Shown here in pieces: positions 9,417 to 19,178 of a stretch of DNA of 64,000 nt. Source of the DNA: Candidatus Hydrogenedentota bacterium (GTDB lineage Bacteria > Hydrogenedentota > Hydrogenedentia > Hydrogenedentales > JAEUWI01). The stretch is from assembly GCA_016182605.1 (NCBI GenBank), contig JACPGE010000046.1, positions 7,769 through 71,768 of the forward strand. The letters run 5' to 3'. Positions within the stretch are counted from its first letter, which is position 1; every line of letters starts with the position of its first letter. Position numbers and translations under genes: made by a program. The notes below the pieces were generated by a model. That model had not been told where the DNA came from, searched no databases, and was given only the letters and a program-made list of their open reading frames with translations.

Positions 9417-10328
9417 ATGAAGTGGAAGCACGTTATTGGCTGGGTGGGATCGATCATGTTGTTTGGAACCCTGGTTTGCGATGCGAAGGCTGACCCAAGT
9501 GTGCTGACCGGCAAGACGCTGCCATTATGGGAAGGCGAGACGCCATTCCGCGCCGGCACGGGGCCGGGCCATGAACCGTCGATTACGGTTTACCTGCCCG
9601 AGGCGGGCGCGGCCACGGGCGCGGGGCTGGTGGTCTGTCCCGGTGGCGGCTATGGCGGGCTGGCGCTGGACCATGAGGGCGAACAGATCGCCCAATGGGC
9701 CCTGGGCCATGGCATGGCGGCCTTTGTCGTGCAATACCGCCACGCGCCGCTTTACCGTCATCCGGTGCCGTTGACCGATGCGCAGCGCGCGATCCGGACC
9801 GTGCGCCATCGCGCAAAGGACTACCGCGTGGATCCCGCGAAGATTGGCATCATCGGCTTCTCCGCCGGCGGCCACCTCACGGCAACGGCCGGCACAAAAT
9901 TTGACGCGGGCGCCGCGGAAGCGGCGGACCCGATCGACCGCGAGAGCAGCCGGCCCGGCTTCATGATCCTCATGTATCCCGTGATCACCTTCACGGACCC
10001 GTACACCCACAAAGGATCGCGCGGCAACCTGCTGGACACACAGATGAACGGCGAGACGATCGCGCTGATGTCTGCGGAGCAACATGTAACCGCGGAAACG
10101 CCACCTTCATTCCTCGTGCACACCGGCGAAGATACGGCCGTGCCTGTACAGAACAGCCTCATGTTCTATACAGCCCTGGTGGAGCACGGCGTGCCCGCGG
10201 AAATGCACCTCTTCGAAAAGGGCGCGCATGGCCTGGGGCTCGGCAAGGACAACAAAGAGTTTTCGGCCTGGCCCGATCTGTGTGTCGCGTGGCTCCGCCT
10301 CCGAGGTTTCTTGCCCGCGGCCCCCTAA
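9417..10328 (+). CDS. Secreted alpha/beta hydrolase (esterase, fold-3 like)
   Basis: Signal-peptide-like N-terminus after an ATG with a ggagg RBS. Oxyanion CPGGGYGG, nucleophile elbow GFSAGGH, and C-terminal HLFEKGAHG. Confidence 0.75.
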   Translation: MKWKHVIGWVGSIMLFGTLVCDAKADPSVLTGKTLPLWEGETPFRAGTGPGHEPSITVYLPEAGAATGAGLVVCPGGGYGGLALDHEGEQIAQWALGHGMAAFVVQYRHAPLYRHPVPLTDAQRAIRTVRHRAKDYRVDPAKIGIIGFSAGGHLTATAGTKFDAGAAEAADPIDRESSRPGFMILMYPVITFTDPYTHKGSRGNLLDTQMNGETIALMSAEQHVTAETPPSFLVHTGEDTAVPVQNSLMFYTALVEHGVPAEMHLFEKGAHGLGLGKDNKEFSAWPDLCVAWLRLRGFLPAAP

Positions 10329-10446
10329 CCCGGATATTTCACCACATCAAGACTTTTTGGCAACAAGCTCCACTTGGAACGTGCTGAAATATGCGGACTA
10401 ACCCGAAGGCGGATCGCGGAGCCCCGCGGCCTGGCCGGTTGGGGGC

Positions 10447-11688
10447 TCACCGGTTCTGGTAAAGGTATTCCGCGACGGCGCGGTACATCCAGGCCATGCC
10501 CCAGCGGGGAAAGACGAGTTTGGAAGTGAAGAAGGGGTACTTGCGGTAGTAGACGGTGTTGTCTTCGTGGTTGCGCATGTGCCAGTAGCTCCAGCGCAGC
10601 ACGTGGCTCTTGTATTTGCGCGCGGGCAGGACAACGTCCTGCAGTACGTTGGGGCAGAGCACACCCTCGGCGCAGGCGTGGATGTCGACCGGGTACTTCG
10701 CGTAGGCGTTGACCGGCATGCCGTCGGGCTGGATCAGGGTGCGGTAGTAGTTGAAGCCGCGTTGGAGGGCCTGGATCGCGTCGTCGCGTCCGGTGATGGC
10801 GTGGATCGTGTGCAGCGATCGCAGCACGAATCCCGTATGGTGGTGATCGACCAGGGCCAGGAGTCCCGCTTCGAAAGGATCGCCCTCGGCGAATTCGCCG
10901 TAGCTCCAGGCGCCGTCCTCGCGCTGATGCGCCAGGCTGTACGCAACCGCCGGCGCCGCCGCCTCGATATAGTGCGCGCTGCCGGTGGCGCGGTGCAGGC
11001 GGTAGAGGTGCTCGGCCCCCAGAAGGTTGGCGTTGTGCACGCGCCGCCGATCCGTGGGGGTGTACGCGAAGCAGTGGGTCCCGTTTTCGCCGGGGATGCG
11101 CGGCAGATCCTTCAGGATGAATTCGCCAATCGAAACGGCCGCATCGAGGAAGCGGGCTTCGCCGGTGAGGCGGTGCGCTTCGAGCAGGGCCTCGCCCGCG
11201 ATGCTTCCAATAACGAGCACAGGCGTATGGGCCTGCGAATTGAGGCCCTTGGCGGCAATGTGGAAGGGGTAGCCCCAGCAGAGCCCGCTGTGGCCGGACG
11301 CGCCGTGGCGTAACAGCCAGTCGAGGCAGTGCACGGCCTGATCGCGCAGGGACGCGCGGCCTGTAAGCTCGAAGAGACGGAACTTGCCCAGCGCCGTCAG
11401 GGCGTAAGCTTTGGGGTTTTCGGTGGGCGCCACACCGAGCCAGCGGCGCGAGGCTTCGGGGAAGGTGTCGCACAATGCAGTGGTGCTCTTGCGCAGGAAG
11501 GCGTGGGGCTGCGCGGCGCGGATCCAGGGGTGCTGCTTGATGTCGAAGGGATCGTAACCGGAGAGGCCGTGCGTATCGATCCAGAGGTCGAGCCCCTCCA
11601 TCCATTCCTGCGCCCAGGCAAGGTCGAAGTGGTTCGAAGGGGGAAAGAGCGGCTCGCGCGCGGCGGTGGCGGGTTGCTTGGGTTGCAT
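10447..11688 (-). CDS. Hypothetical protein, possibly a polysaccharide-modifying alpha/alpha-barrel enzyme
   Basis: The ATG at 11688 overlaps the upstream glycosyltransferase stop (ATGA). The rest of the 645-aa track ORF upstream is shadow of the GT gene. No confident family assignment. Confidence 0.5.
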   Translation of the reverse strand: MQPKQPATAAREPLFPPSNHFDLAWAQEWMEGLDLWIDTHGLSGYDPFDIKQHPWIRAAQPHAFLRKSTTALCDTFPEASRRWLGVAPTENPKAYALTALGKFRLFELTGRASLRDQAVHCLDWLLRHGASGHSGLCWGYPFHIAAKGLNSQAHTPVLVIGSIAGEALLEAHRLTGEARFLDAAVSIGEFILKDLPRIPGENGTHCFAYTPTDRRRVHNANLLGAEHLYRLHRATGSAHYIEAAAPAVAYSLAHQREDGAWSYGEFAEGDPFEAGLLALVDHHHTGFVLRSLHTIHAITGRDDAIQALQRGFNYYRTLIQPDGMPVNAYAKYPVDIHACAEGVLCPNVLQDVVLPARKYKSHVLRWSYWHMRNHEDNTVYYRKYPFFTSKLVFPRWGMAWMYRAVAEYLYQNR

Positions 11689-12779
11689 CAGGCGTTCCTG
11701 CGGCGCATGGCCGCAACGGATTCCATCACCCCGCGAAAGACCGGATAGAACACGTCGTGCGAATAGCGCGCGATAACCGTCTCGCGCGCGGCGGCGCCCA
11801 TGCGCGCGCGCAATTCGGGATCGGTGATGAGGCGCTCCAGTTTTGCCTCCCACTCCTCGGGCGAAGTGGCCAGAAAACCGTTGACGCCATCTTCGATCAC
11901 TTCGGCGTTCATGCCAACCGGTGTGATGACCGGCGGCACGCCGACGGCCATGTATTGCAGCGCCTTGAAGGCGCACTTGCCGCGTGCGCGCGGTGTGTCC
12001 TGCAAAGGCATGAGCCCAATATCCGCCTCTTTCAGGTAGGTGATCTCGTCCTTGAGTTCCCAGTAGTGGTTTTCCACCTGGACGCCCTTGAGGTGCCAGG
12101 GCTTGCCCGTGGCGACGGAGATCTTGATCGGGTGTTTTTGGGCGAGGCGTTGAAAGACAGGTTCGATCGGTTTCATGTAGCCCAAGTTGTCCTTCAGTCC
12201 GGTCCAGCCCAGGCAGACGGCCCCCGTGCCGGGCTTCGCTGTTTTTGGCGTGTGAATCTCCATGTCGATGCACGTGGGAATGATCGTCACGGGAAGTGCG
12301 GGATTCTGTTGCAGAATGTAGTTCTTGAGGTGCTGGTTTCCCACGACGGCGTGGGCGCTGCGCTGCGCCATCTTGCGGACCCACCCAAAGTCCATGAAGC
12401 GCACAAAGAAGCTGTCCACATGCGCCGGCGCCTCCCAGATGGCGTCGTCGATGTCAAACACGACGCGCGGGTTCATCGCGCAAACAAGGTATTCCAGGAA
12501 GGGCGGGCCGTAGTAATAGAGGGGGCCGCGGAAGTAGACCACATCCGCGCCAGGTACATGGCGCAACTGGGCGATGCGGCGCAGGAGGACACAAGCGAGG
12601 TAAAAAAGTTTCCTGGGCTTGGAGGCGTTCACGAAATAGCGTTCGCGGAAGCCGATGGACGAAGGCAGGCAGAGGGTGCACGCGTGACCCTCTTTCTCCA
12701 GCATGCGCGCAAACTTGACGGCCCGATACCGGATCGCCGCGATCTGCTCGCATTCGTTGCCAAAAAACACCACTCTCAT
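11688..12779 (-). CDS. Glycosyltransferase (GT-B fold, GT4/GT1-like)
   Basis: MRVVFFGNE N-terminus, a C-terminal domain with ADIGLMPL, an E..G....EA-like region (FKALQYMAVGVPPV) and DGVNGFL. Confidence 0.75.
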   Translation of the reverse strand: MRVVFFGNECEQIAAIRYRAVKFARMLEKEGHACTLCLPSSIGFRERYFVNASKPRKLFYLACVLLRRIAQLRHVPGADVVYFRGPLYYYGPPFLEYLVCAMNPRVVFDIDDAIWEAPAHVDSFFVRFMDFGWVRKMAQRSAHAVVGNQHLKNYILQQNPALPVTIIPTCIDMEIHTPKTAKPGTGAVCLGWTGLKDNLGYMKPIEPVFQRLAQKHPIKISVATGKPWHLKGVQVENHYWELKDEITYLKEADIGLMPLQDTPRARGKCAFKALQYMAVGVPPVITPVGMNAEVIEDGVNGFLATSPEEWEAKLERLITDPELRARMGAAARETVIARYSHDVFYPVFRGVMESVAAMRRRNA

Positions 12780-12953
12780 CGTGACTCGCCTGTCTTGTCC
12801 CCTCGTGCCGTGTTCCGCGACGTATTCTAACGGCGCCCGGCCCGGGACTCAATGCGCGCGAAGCGTCGAAACCCCGGCAAAGTTGATTCGGGGCCGGCGC
12901 TGCGATAGCATAGGAGGCTGCCATCAGCCAACCCCCGAGAAGGAACCCGCTCC

Positions 12954-13511
12954 ATGCCCATGCCTGTTTCCATCGAACCGGCCTCCGAGATTCCCGATGT
13001 GCTCGTCGTCAAAACGGGCGTGTTTCACGATGCGCGCGGCTTTTTCTCGGAATCCTGGTCGAAACACATGTGGCTCAAAGCGGGGTTTGACGCGGAATTC
13101 GTGCAAGACAACCTCAGCCGTTCGGCCAAGGGAACCCTGCGGGGACTGCATTACCAGAACCATCCGCAGGGAATGGGCAAACTGGTGCGATGCATTCAGG
13201 GCGCGGTCTTCGATGTCGCCGTGGACCTGCGGAAGGCGTCGCCAACCTTCGGCAAGTGGGTGGGGCGCGAGCTGAGCGGGGAAAACCAACTGTCGCTCTG
13301 GGTGCCCGTGGGCTTCGCGCATGGCTTTGTGGCCCTGGAAGACAACACGCTGGTGCATTACAAGTGCACGGGGCACCATGCGCCGGAATGCGAGCAGGCG
13401 CTGCTCTACAAGTGCCCCGAGGTCAATATTGCGTGGCCCATGGAACCAACGATAATTTCCGAGAAGGATGCCGTGGCCCCCGTGCTTTCAAAAGCGATTT
13501 TCAATTTTTGA
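12954..13511 (+). CDS. rfbC: dTDP-4-dehydrorhamnose 3,5-epimerase
   Basis: FHDARGFFSESW, GTLRGLHYQ, KLVRCIQGAVFDVAVDLR and PVGFAHGF are classical RmlC motifs. Confidence 0.9.
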   Translation: MPMPVSIEPASEIPDVLVVKTGVFHDARGFFSESWSKHMWLKAGFDAEFVQDNLSRSAKGTLRGLHYQNHPQGMGKLVRCIQGAVFDVAVDLRKASPTFGKWVGRELSGENQLSLWVPVGFAHGFVALEDNTLVHYKCTGHHAPECEQALLYKCPEVNIAWPMEPTIISEKDAVAPVLSKAIFNF

Positions 13512-13531
13512 AAAGCATGCCGGGCGTGATC

Positions 13532-14037
13532 GGGGACAACTCCGAATGGCGCCAACTTAAGAACCTGCCTCGAAGCATGGCCACCCAAAAACACGGGAAT
13601 GACATCGACAAACCGGACAAAGTAGGCCTTCGCTCGCCGAGCGTAGGCATTTCCACACGAGCCAGCCGCACTATACACCAGCAATCACGCTCCACACGTT
13701 GAAACAGTCCCCCTTTCGAAAATGGATCCGGCAAAAATCTCGCAACGACAACTTCGAGCGCCAAGGAGACTGTCCCGAATGGCACTAACTTAAGGACCTG
13801 CCTCGAAGCATGGCCACGAAAAAACACGGGAATGACATCAGCAAACCGGACAAAGTAGGCCTTCGCTCGCCGAGCGTAGGCATTTCCACACGAGCCAGCC
13901 GCACCACACTCTAACAATGACGTTCCAAACGTTGAAATGGTCCCCCTTCGAAGGGGGTAGCGGGGATCTAAGAACCTCACGCAAGACCAGACACCGGCAT
14001 GATTTACCGCTAAGTTAGTACCATTCGGGGACACCCC
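13532..14037. repeat. MITE-like repeat element, tandem-dimer copy with terminal inverted repeats
   Basis: Left TIR ggggacaactccgaatggcgccaacttaag (13532-13561), a second internal left-end copy at ~13768-13796, and right TIR ctaagttagtaccattcggggacacccc (14010-14037). Shares its core with 8010-8494 and 24083-24251. Confidence 0.65.
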
Positions 14038-14173
14038 CTCGCCGGTGACGATTTTGGACGCGCGCCGAATCAATACCGCCAATTGCATGTTCACTGCAAG
14101 TGAACACTTGGAGTCTACTGGCCAATGTTCCTAACAATGCAATGACGATCCATATCCTTGTTGGCGCCGCCGG

Positions 14174-14210
14174 AAGTAGGCCTTCGCTCGATGAGCGTAG
14201 GCATTCGCAG
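14174..14210. repeat. Isolated fragment of the MITE-like core
   Basis: aagtaggccttcgctcgatgagcgtaggcattcgcag matches the conserved core of the repeat family but has no ends. Confidence 0.4.
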
Positions 14211-14560
14211 TTTCGGCGCCGGCCAGCGCGGACAACCCCTCGACTGTGCAATTCTTGAAGCGGGTGCGCAGTGCCTCCGTGGTCCCGGGTGGCAAGCCCT
14301 TAAAAAGCGGAACGCCATAACAATGGGACTTGCCATGGCGCCACTCAAGGAATAGTTTTTTCAGGGTCTATCCGCCGTTCCGGTGGGACTCCAGTTCAGC
14401 CTCGGAACCCTTCAGGTCGTTCGACATCCGTGTCTGGTAGCCTGCCTCGACCTCCGTGTCTTGGCGTTGCACAGTTATTATCGGCTACGCCGCCCGATAC
14501 TTGAGTCCCCCGGCCCTTGACGGCCCCCAAGCTGCGTGTTAGAGTAAGTGCAAGGGAAAA

Positions 14561-15031
14561 ATGCGCCATATGCGACCCAAACCGCAAGTCTTCGTTTTTT
14601 TCTTGCCGCTCTTGTGCGGTGCGCTCGTAGTGGCGCAATTCGCCCCGGCCACGCTTGTGCCTCGGGAGAGTCCCCCGCTCCAGGATGCGCTCCACCTCGA
14701 TATGCTGGCGCAACGCCTCCTCGGCGATACGGCAAGCGGGGTAAATGTCTTGACGCTCCAGGCCGGCATCGCCCAAGCGATGGCGCACGCACCGGCCCCT
14801 GCCTCCACGCCGCGCCCCGAGGCCCCCATCGCGCCCGTTCCTCCGAAAGAGCGCCCTCAGACGCCGCTGGGGCTGAGCCCATGTCCCGTTCCTGCCGTCG
14901 TGCCCGGCAGCCTTGATCTATCGTCCTGCCTCGCCGCTGCGTATCGTCCCGTGCTGCCGACCGCCCGCGAGCACCGGCTCTTGCAGGGCCTCGATACCCA
15001 CGCGCCCCCCCTCGCCCCTCCCCTCGCCTGA
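14561..15031 (+). CDS. Hypothetical Pro/Ala-rich secreted protein
   Basis: 156-aa ORF. By hand count roughly three quarters of third positions are G/C. Hydrophobic N-terminus VFVFFLPLLCGALVVAQF. No family recognised. Confidence 0.35.
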   Translation: MRHMRPKPQVFVFFLPLLCGALVVAQFAPATLVPRESPPLQDALHLDMLAQRLLGDTASGVNVLTLQAGIAQAMAHAPAPASTPRPEAPIAPVPPKERPQTPLGLSPCPVPAVVPGSLDLSSCLAAAYRPVLPTAREHRLLQGLDTHAPPLAPPLA

Positions 15032-15168
15032 GTTGTGCCTTTCAGCATGTTTGCAGCTTTCCCCCCCGATGAAACAGGACGGGGAAACGGGCTGCCAAAG
15101 TGGCGTGTGGGGAGACTCTCCCCCATCGGGTGCATGCGCGCCAACGTTCCACGTCAGGAGATCGCGCC

Positions 15169-16545
15169 GTGAAATCAACCGGGATAGTCCTCAAGCAGTT
15201 TTGGGCCGCGCTGGTGCTGGCCGCGGGCGTTTCCGCGCCGGTTTTTCCGCAGACCGGGGTAACGGGCGACGTGAATCGCGACGGCGCGATCAACGTGCTC
15301 GATGTGCAGAACACCGTCAACATCGCCCTCGGACAACAGCCCCTGTCGCCCGAGGCCGACGTGGACGAGAACGCACAAATAGATGTGCTCGACATCCAGA
15401 CGATCGCGAACACCGCCATCGGCACGGGGGGGCTCCACCAGGAAGTGACCGGGGTGGTGCAGGCGGGAGCGAAGCTCACGGGCGATCCGGATCTCCGGAT
15501 ACTTGCCGTCGCGCTCGATGGCCGCACGGTAGAGGCGCTGGTGCGCCCCGCCACGGGGCAGTTCCGCATCCGGCTGGCGGTGCGCACCTCGTGGACGCTG
15601 AACATCGTGGCGCGCACGCCCACGGGCCCCGAACTGCTGGGGACGCTCCAGTTCCGGGTCGCGGGCCAAATCACGCCGCTGCTGCCCCTTCCCGAATTGT
15701 CGCGCGGGGTGCCCATCGATCTGGGCGCGCTCGACGCCCAGACGGGCGTGGAGGTCGCGCTGGATCTCCGATCGCTGATCGCGGCGGCCGAGGAGCCATT
15801 GCCGGACGACGACGGCGATGCGAACGGGCTGGCGGATGTGCTGGACGAATTGATCCGTCCCTATCTTCAGGCCCTGAACGATTCCGGGCTGGATCGCCCT
15901 TTGGGATTGCGCCGCGATCGGCTCGTGGAATTGATCCGCATCTGCCTCGTGCAGGAGGCGGCCATTGGCTACGTGCCCGATCTCACGGGCATCGAATCGG
16001 ATCTGGGCATTCCGTCCTTCCTGGAGCCGGTGGTGCATTGCGTCCACACCGCGATCGTACGGTGGTTCAACGAAGCGCAGACGCCCGTCCTGCCGATCGT
16101 GCAGCAGAGCTACCACGACTTTTCCGCGCAGTGGCTCCGGGGCCGCATACGGGTGTGGCTCGGCGAACTCGATCGGCCCGCGCTGGCAGATACAAACAAC
16201 AACAATATCCCGGACCACCTCGAGGATCGGGTATGCCTGGAAGGCACGGTGGTGAGCAGCGATGGCGCGGTCTTCCCGGGCGCCTGCGCGCTGGATCGAA
16301 ACGGCGATGGATTCCCCGATTTCACGAATGACAGCGACAGCGACGGCATCGCGGACGTCTTCGACACGGATTTCAACAGCACGGGCGATCTCGATCGCGA
16401 TGGCATTCCGGACGAGGCCGATCTGGATGACGATGGAGACGGTATGCCGGACTACGCCGACCCCGAGCCGCAGGTGCCGGGAGCCGATACCCTTGCGGGT
16501 CAGGCACAGAACCCGGGACAAAAAAACGCCGCGCTTCCATACTGA
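15169..16545 (+). CDS. Secreted protein with dockerin-like duplicated Ca-binding repeat and C-terminal thrombospondin-type-3 repeats
   Basis: GTG start followed by a signal peptide. GDVNRDGAINVLDVQ...IALG and DVDENAQIDVLDIQ...TAIG form a dockerin type-I-like pair. C-terminal DSDSDGIADVFD..DLDRDGIPDEADLDDDGDGMPDYAD are TSP3-like. Confidence 0.65.
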   Translation: MKSTGIVLKQFWAALVLAAGVSAPVFPQTGVTGDVNRDGAINVLDVQNTVNIALGQQPLSPEADVDENAQIDVLDIQTIANTAIGTGGLHQEVTGVVQAGAKLTGDPDLRILAVALDGRTVEALVRPATGQFRIRLAVRTSWTLNIVARTPTGPELLGTLQFRVAGQITPLLPLPELSRGVPIDLGALDAQTGVEVALDLRSLIAAAEEPLPDDDGDANGLADVLDELIRPYLQALNDSGLDRPLGLRRDRLVELIRICLVQEAAIGYVPDLTGIESDLGIPSFLEPVVHCVHTAIVRWFNEAQTPVLPIVQQSYHDFSAQWLRGRIRVWLGELDRPALADTNNNNIPDHLEDRVCLEGTVVSSDGAVFPGACALDRNGDGFPDFTNDSDSDGIADVFDTDFNSTGDLDRDGIPDEADLDDDGDGMPDYADPEPQVPGADTLAGQAQNPGQKNAALPY

Positions 16546-16558
16546 GGGCGGCGCAACA

Positions 16559-17422
16559 ATGAGCACACGAAACCGAGTCTCCCATGGGAGAAAAGGGCAT
16601 GCGGTATCGCCACAGAGCGGCCCAATCCGGAGCCTGCGCGCAGGCTGCTGGATGGGCGTGCTGATCATGGGCATCTTTCCCGCAACTGAATGCGCGGAAC
16701 TCGCCCTGGGGCGCGCTGTGCTCTCGCAGCCGTCGGAGACCGTTGTGGGCGTCTACCTCTATCCGGGGCCCGCGGTCGCGGCGCTGCAATTCGACCTGCT
16801 CTTCGATCCCGAAGCACTGACCGCCGGAGAGGTGCTGGCCGGGGACAACATTGCCGCGGCGGGCAAGTCGCTCGCGCATAACGAGGTAGATGCGGGGCGG
16901 CTCCGCGTGCTTATCTCCGGCTTCAATCAGAACAGCATCGCGGCGGGGCCCGTCTGCACCATTGCCTTTGACGTGGGCGCGCTGACCGAGGGGGTCTATG
17001 CGCTCACGCTCGACCAAGCCGTGCTCTCGTCTCCATCCGGAGATTCCGTGACGGTGTTCACGGGCAACGGCGGGATCGTGCTGGGCGCGAATCCCTTTCA
17101 CACGGCAGACGCCGATCTGGACTTTGCCTTTTCCGCGCACGAGCTGGACCGGGTGATCGCGCTGTACACGGCGAAGGCGCACCATTGCACGGCCGGGACC
17201 CACGATGGTTTTGCGCCGGGCACGGGCAGTTCGGGATGCGCACCACACCACAGCGACTATGCGGGCGGAGCGAACTGGCGGGTCGATTTTCCGGAGATGA
17301 TCCGCCTGGTCCAGTTTTACAATCTGGGCGGTTACCGCAAGAACGCAGCGACGGAAGACGGCTTCAGCGCCGATCCGCCTGTCGCCCCGCCGCTGGCCGG
17401 GAAAGGAGCACGGCAACCGTGA
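16559..17422 (+). CDS. Cohesin-like domain protein
   Basis: Signal-like N-terminus. VVGVYLYPGPAVAALQFDLLFDPEALTAGEV...RVLISGFNQNSIAAGPVCTIAF resembles cohesin beta-sandwich signatures and is paralogous to the next two genes. Confidence 0.5.
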   Translation: MSTRNRVSHGRKGHAVSPQSGPIRSLRAGCWMGVLIMGIFPATECAELALGRAVLSQPSETVVGVYLYPGPAVAALQFDLLFDPEALTAGEVLAGDNIAAAGKSLAHNEVDAGRLRVLISGFNQNSIAAGPVCTIAFDVGALTEGVYALTLDQAVLSSPSGDSVTVFTGNGGIVLGANPFHTADADLDFAFSAHELDRVIALYTAKAHHCTAGTHDGFAPGTGSSGCAPHHSDYAGGANWRVDFPEMIRLVQFYNLGGYRKNAATEDGFSADPPVAPPLAGKGARQP

Positions 17423-18528
17423 GTGCACCCCGGCCGGCAACAATCCTGCGCAGGGCGGCAAGCGGCCTGACGCTCTTGCTGGGTCTTGCGCTGGGCGCCG
17501 GCACGGCGCATGCCGCCTCGCTCGCCTTTGCCCAGCCCCACCGCGATTCGGGCCTGTGGGCCGTGCCGATCGTGCTGATCTCGGGGCCGGACGAAGAGGT
17601 GGCCAGCCTTCAATTTGAGTTGGATACGGGCGGGCTCGGCGTGGATTCCGTTGCTGCCGGCAGCGCCGCGCAGGGAGCCGGGAAGGATGTCGCCGTGGGC
17701 TACCACGACGATGCCGTCTCGCTGCTCGTTGCGGGCATCAATCAGGAGGTGATGGAAAATGGGCCGGTCGCCTGGATCTACCTTACGGACGATGGCCGCA
17801 GCGCGCGCGGCCTGATCGACGGACTGGCGCTTAACGAACCCGTGCTCTCGACGCCCGAAGGCGAGCCGGTGGACTATACCGAGCCCGAGGAGGAGGACGA
17901 AGAAACGCCTGAAGAAGAGGAACCGGGGACGCCCGAGAAAGAGCACGACGACGGCACGGCAGAGCAGGACGATGACGAGGGTGCACCCGAGGATTCGGGT
18001 GGTGGGATTTCCGGCGGCGGCGCGCCTGGAGGCTTCGCGAATCCGGCGGCGCTGGGCGAGGCGGAGGGCGAGAGCGAAGCGTCCACCGTGGACGGCACGG
18101 CGGCGGCGCGGAAAAGCAAAAAATTCCGGGCCGGGCGCGAAATTCTGGCCTACGGCGGTGTGGCCCGGCGCGCGGGCGGGATGGGCAGCGCGCCCGGACG
18201 GGCGACCCATGTGCCGGTGCCCCGGAATGGGCAAAGTGGCCGCCGCACGCAAGGCACATCAGGCAACCTCTCCCCCACGTGGCCCGGCGCGGCCCCCGAT
18301 CGCTACGATTCGTATGACGGCGGAACGCCATCGCCGTATGCGGGCATTGCGTCCGGAATGCGCGCCACAATGCCGCAGCGGGGGCCAGGCGGGGCATACG
18401 CCAATGCGCCGGGGACGCCGGCGGGGAACTCGACCGCGGGGGCGGCGCCCTTTGCCGTCGCGGCGGGGCTGCTTGGCGGCGGCTTTGTCGTGCTGCTCGT
18501 CATGCGCAAGAAATACCTCTCATCGTGA
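17419..18528 (+). CDS. Cohesin-like domain protein with acidic linker and C-terminal membrane anchor
   Basis: GTG overlaps the previous stop (GTGA). VASLQFELDTGGL...LLVAGINQEV is paralogous. There is an E/D-rich tract and a terminal hydrophobic helix followed by MRKKYLSS. Confidence 0.5.
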   Translation: MSAPRPATILRRAASGLTLLLGLALGAGTAHAASLAFAQPHRDSGLWAVPIVLISGPDEEVASLQFELDTGGLGVDSVAAGSAAQGAGKDVAVGYHDDAVSLLVAGINQEVMENGPVAWIYLTDDGRSARGLIDGLALNEPVLSTPEGEPVDYTEPEEEDEETPEEEEPGTPEKEHDDGTAEQDDDEGAPEDSGGGISGGGAPGGFANPAALGEAEGESEASTVDGTAAARKSKKFRAGREILAYGGVARRAGGMGSAPGRATHVPVPRNGQSGRRTQGTSGNLSPTWPGAAPDRYDSYDGGTPSPYAGIASGMRATMPQRGPGGAYANAPGTPAGNSTAGAAPFAVAAGLLGGGFVVLLVMRKKYLSS

Positions 18529-19178
18529 TCCGGGCTTGGACACGCCCGGCATGCATCGTGGCAATGGCCGTGCTGTGCATGCCCGTGCAGGCCGCGACGC
18601 TTGCGCTGGAGCTTTCGGAAAACACTTCCGGCGCTGCGGACGGCGAGATTTCTTACCGCATTGTGCTCAACAGCGATCCCGGGGAAGCGGTGGCCGCGTT
18701 TCAGGCCGATCTCTCCTGCGGGACGGCGGATCCGGCGCGGTGTGTGTTGATCGCGGGAACCGCGATCGCGGCCGCGCAGAAGAACGCCTCCTTCAGTCCC
18801 ATCGGCAGTGACACGCTCCGGGTACTCGTGGCGGGGCTCAACCAGAATGTAATTGCATCCGGCCCCGTGCTGGAACTGCGCCTGCGCGGCACGGGAAGCC
18901 TTGCGCTGGAGGGCGCGGCGCTAACGGACGCGATCTTGGCCGATCCCTACGGCCATGCCGTGCCAGTGCAGCTTCGCAATCACGCTCAAGCCCCTGGCGC
19001 GGCGAATGCCCTGCCGCGCGGCTGTGCGTGTGATGCCGGCACGGGGCCGGCGCCCCTGCGCGCCCTCTGTGGCGATGCCCTTGCGACCGGCGCCACGCTC
19101 TGCGTACTTGGATGGGGCGCCGTGCGGCGGAGAATCCCTCAGTCTTCGAGCGGTTCGGGGAAAGCGGTGCGAATCTGA
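18525..19178 (+). CDS. Cohesin-like domain protein (third paralog)
   Basis: Start overlaps the previous stop. Signal peptide, then AAFQADLSCG...RVLVAGLNQNVIASGPVLELRL. The 3' end overlaps the convergent response-regulator gene by about 40 nt. Confidence 0.45.
   Translation: MIRAWTRPACIVAMAVLCMPVQAATLALELSENTSGAADGEISYRIVLNSDPGEAVAAFQADLSCGTADPARCVLIAGTAIAAAQKNASFSPIGSDTLRVLVAGLNQNVIASGPVLELRLRGTGSLALEGAALTDAILADPYGHAVPVQLRNHAQAPGAANALPRGCACDAGTGPAPLRALCGDALATGATLCVLGWGAVRRRIPQSSSGSGKAVRI

Noticed and set aside
19139-19178. 40-nt convergent overlap of the third cohesin-like gene with the HD-GYP regulator gene, and the similar 47-nt overlap at 26169-26215.
   Set aside because: This is probably just tail-to-tail overlap or slightly over-extended C-termini in a high-GC genome. 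There is no evidence of antisense regulation from sequence alone.
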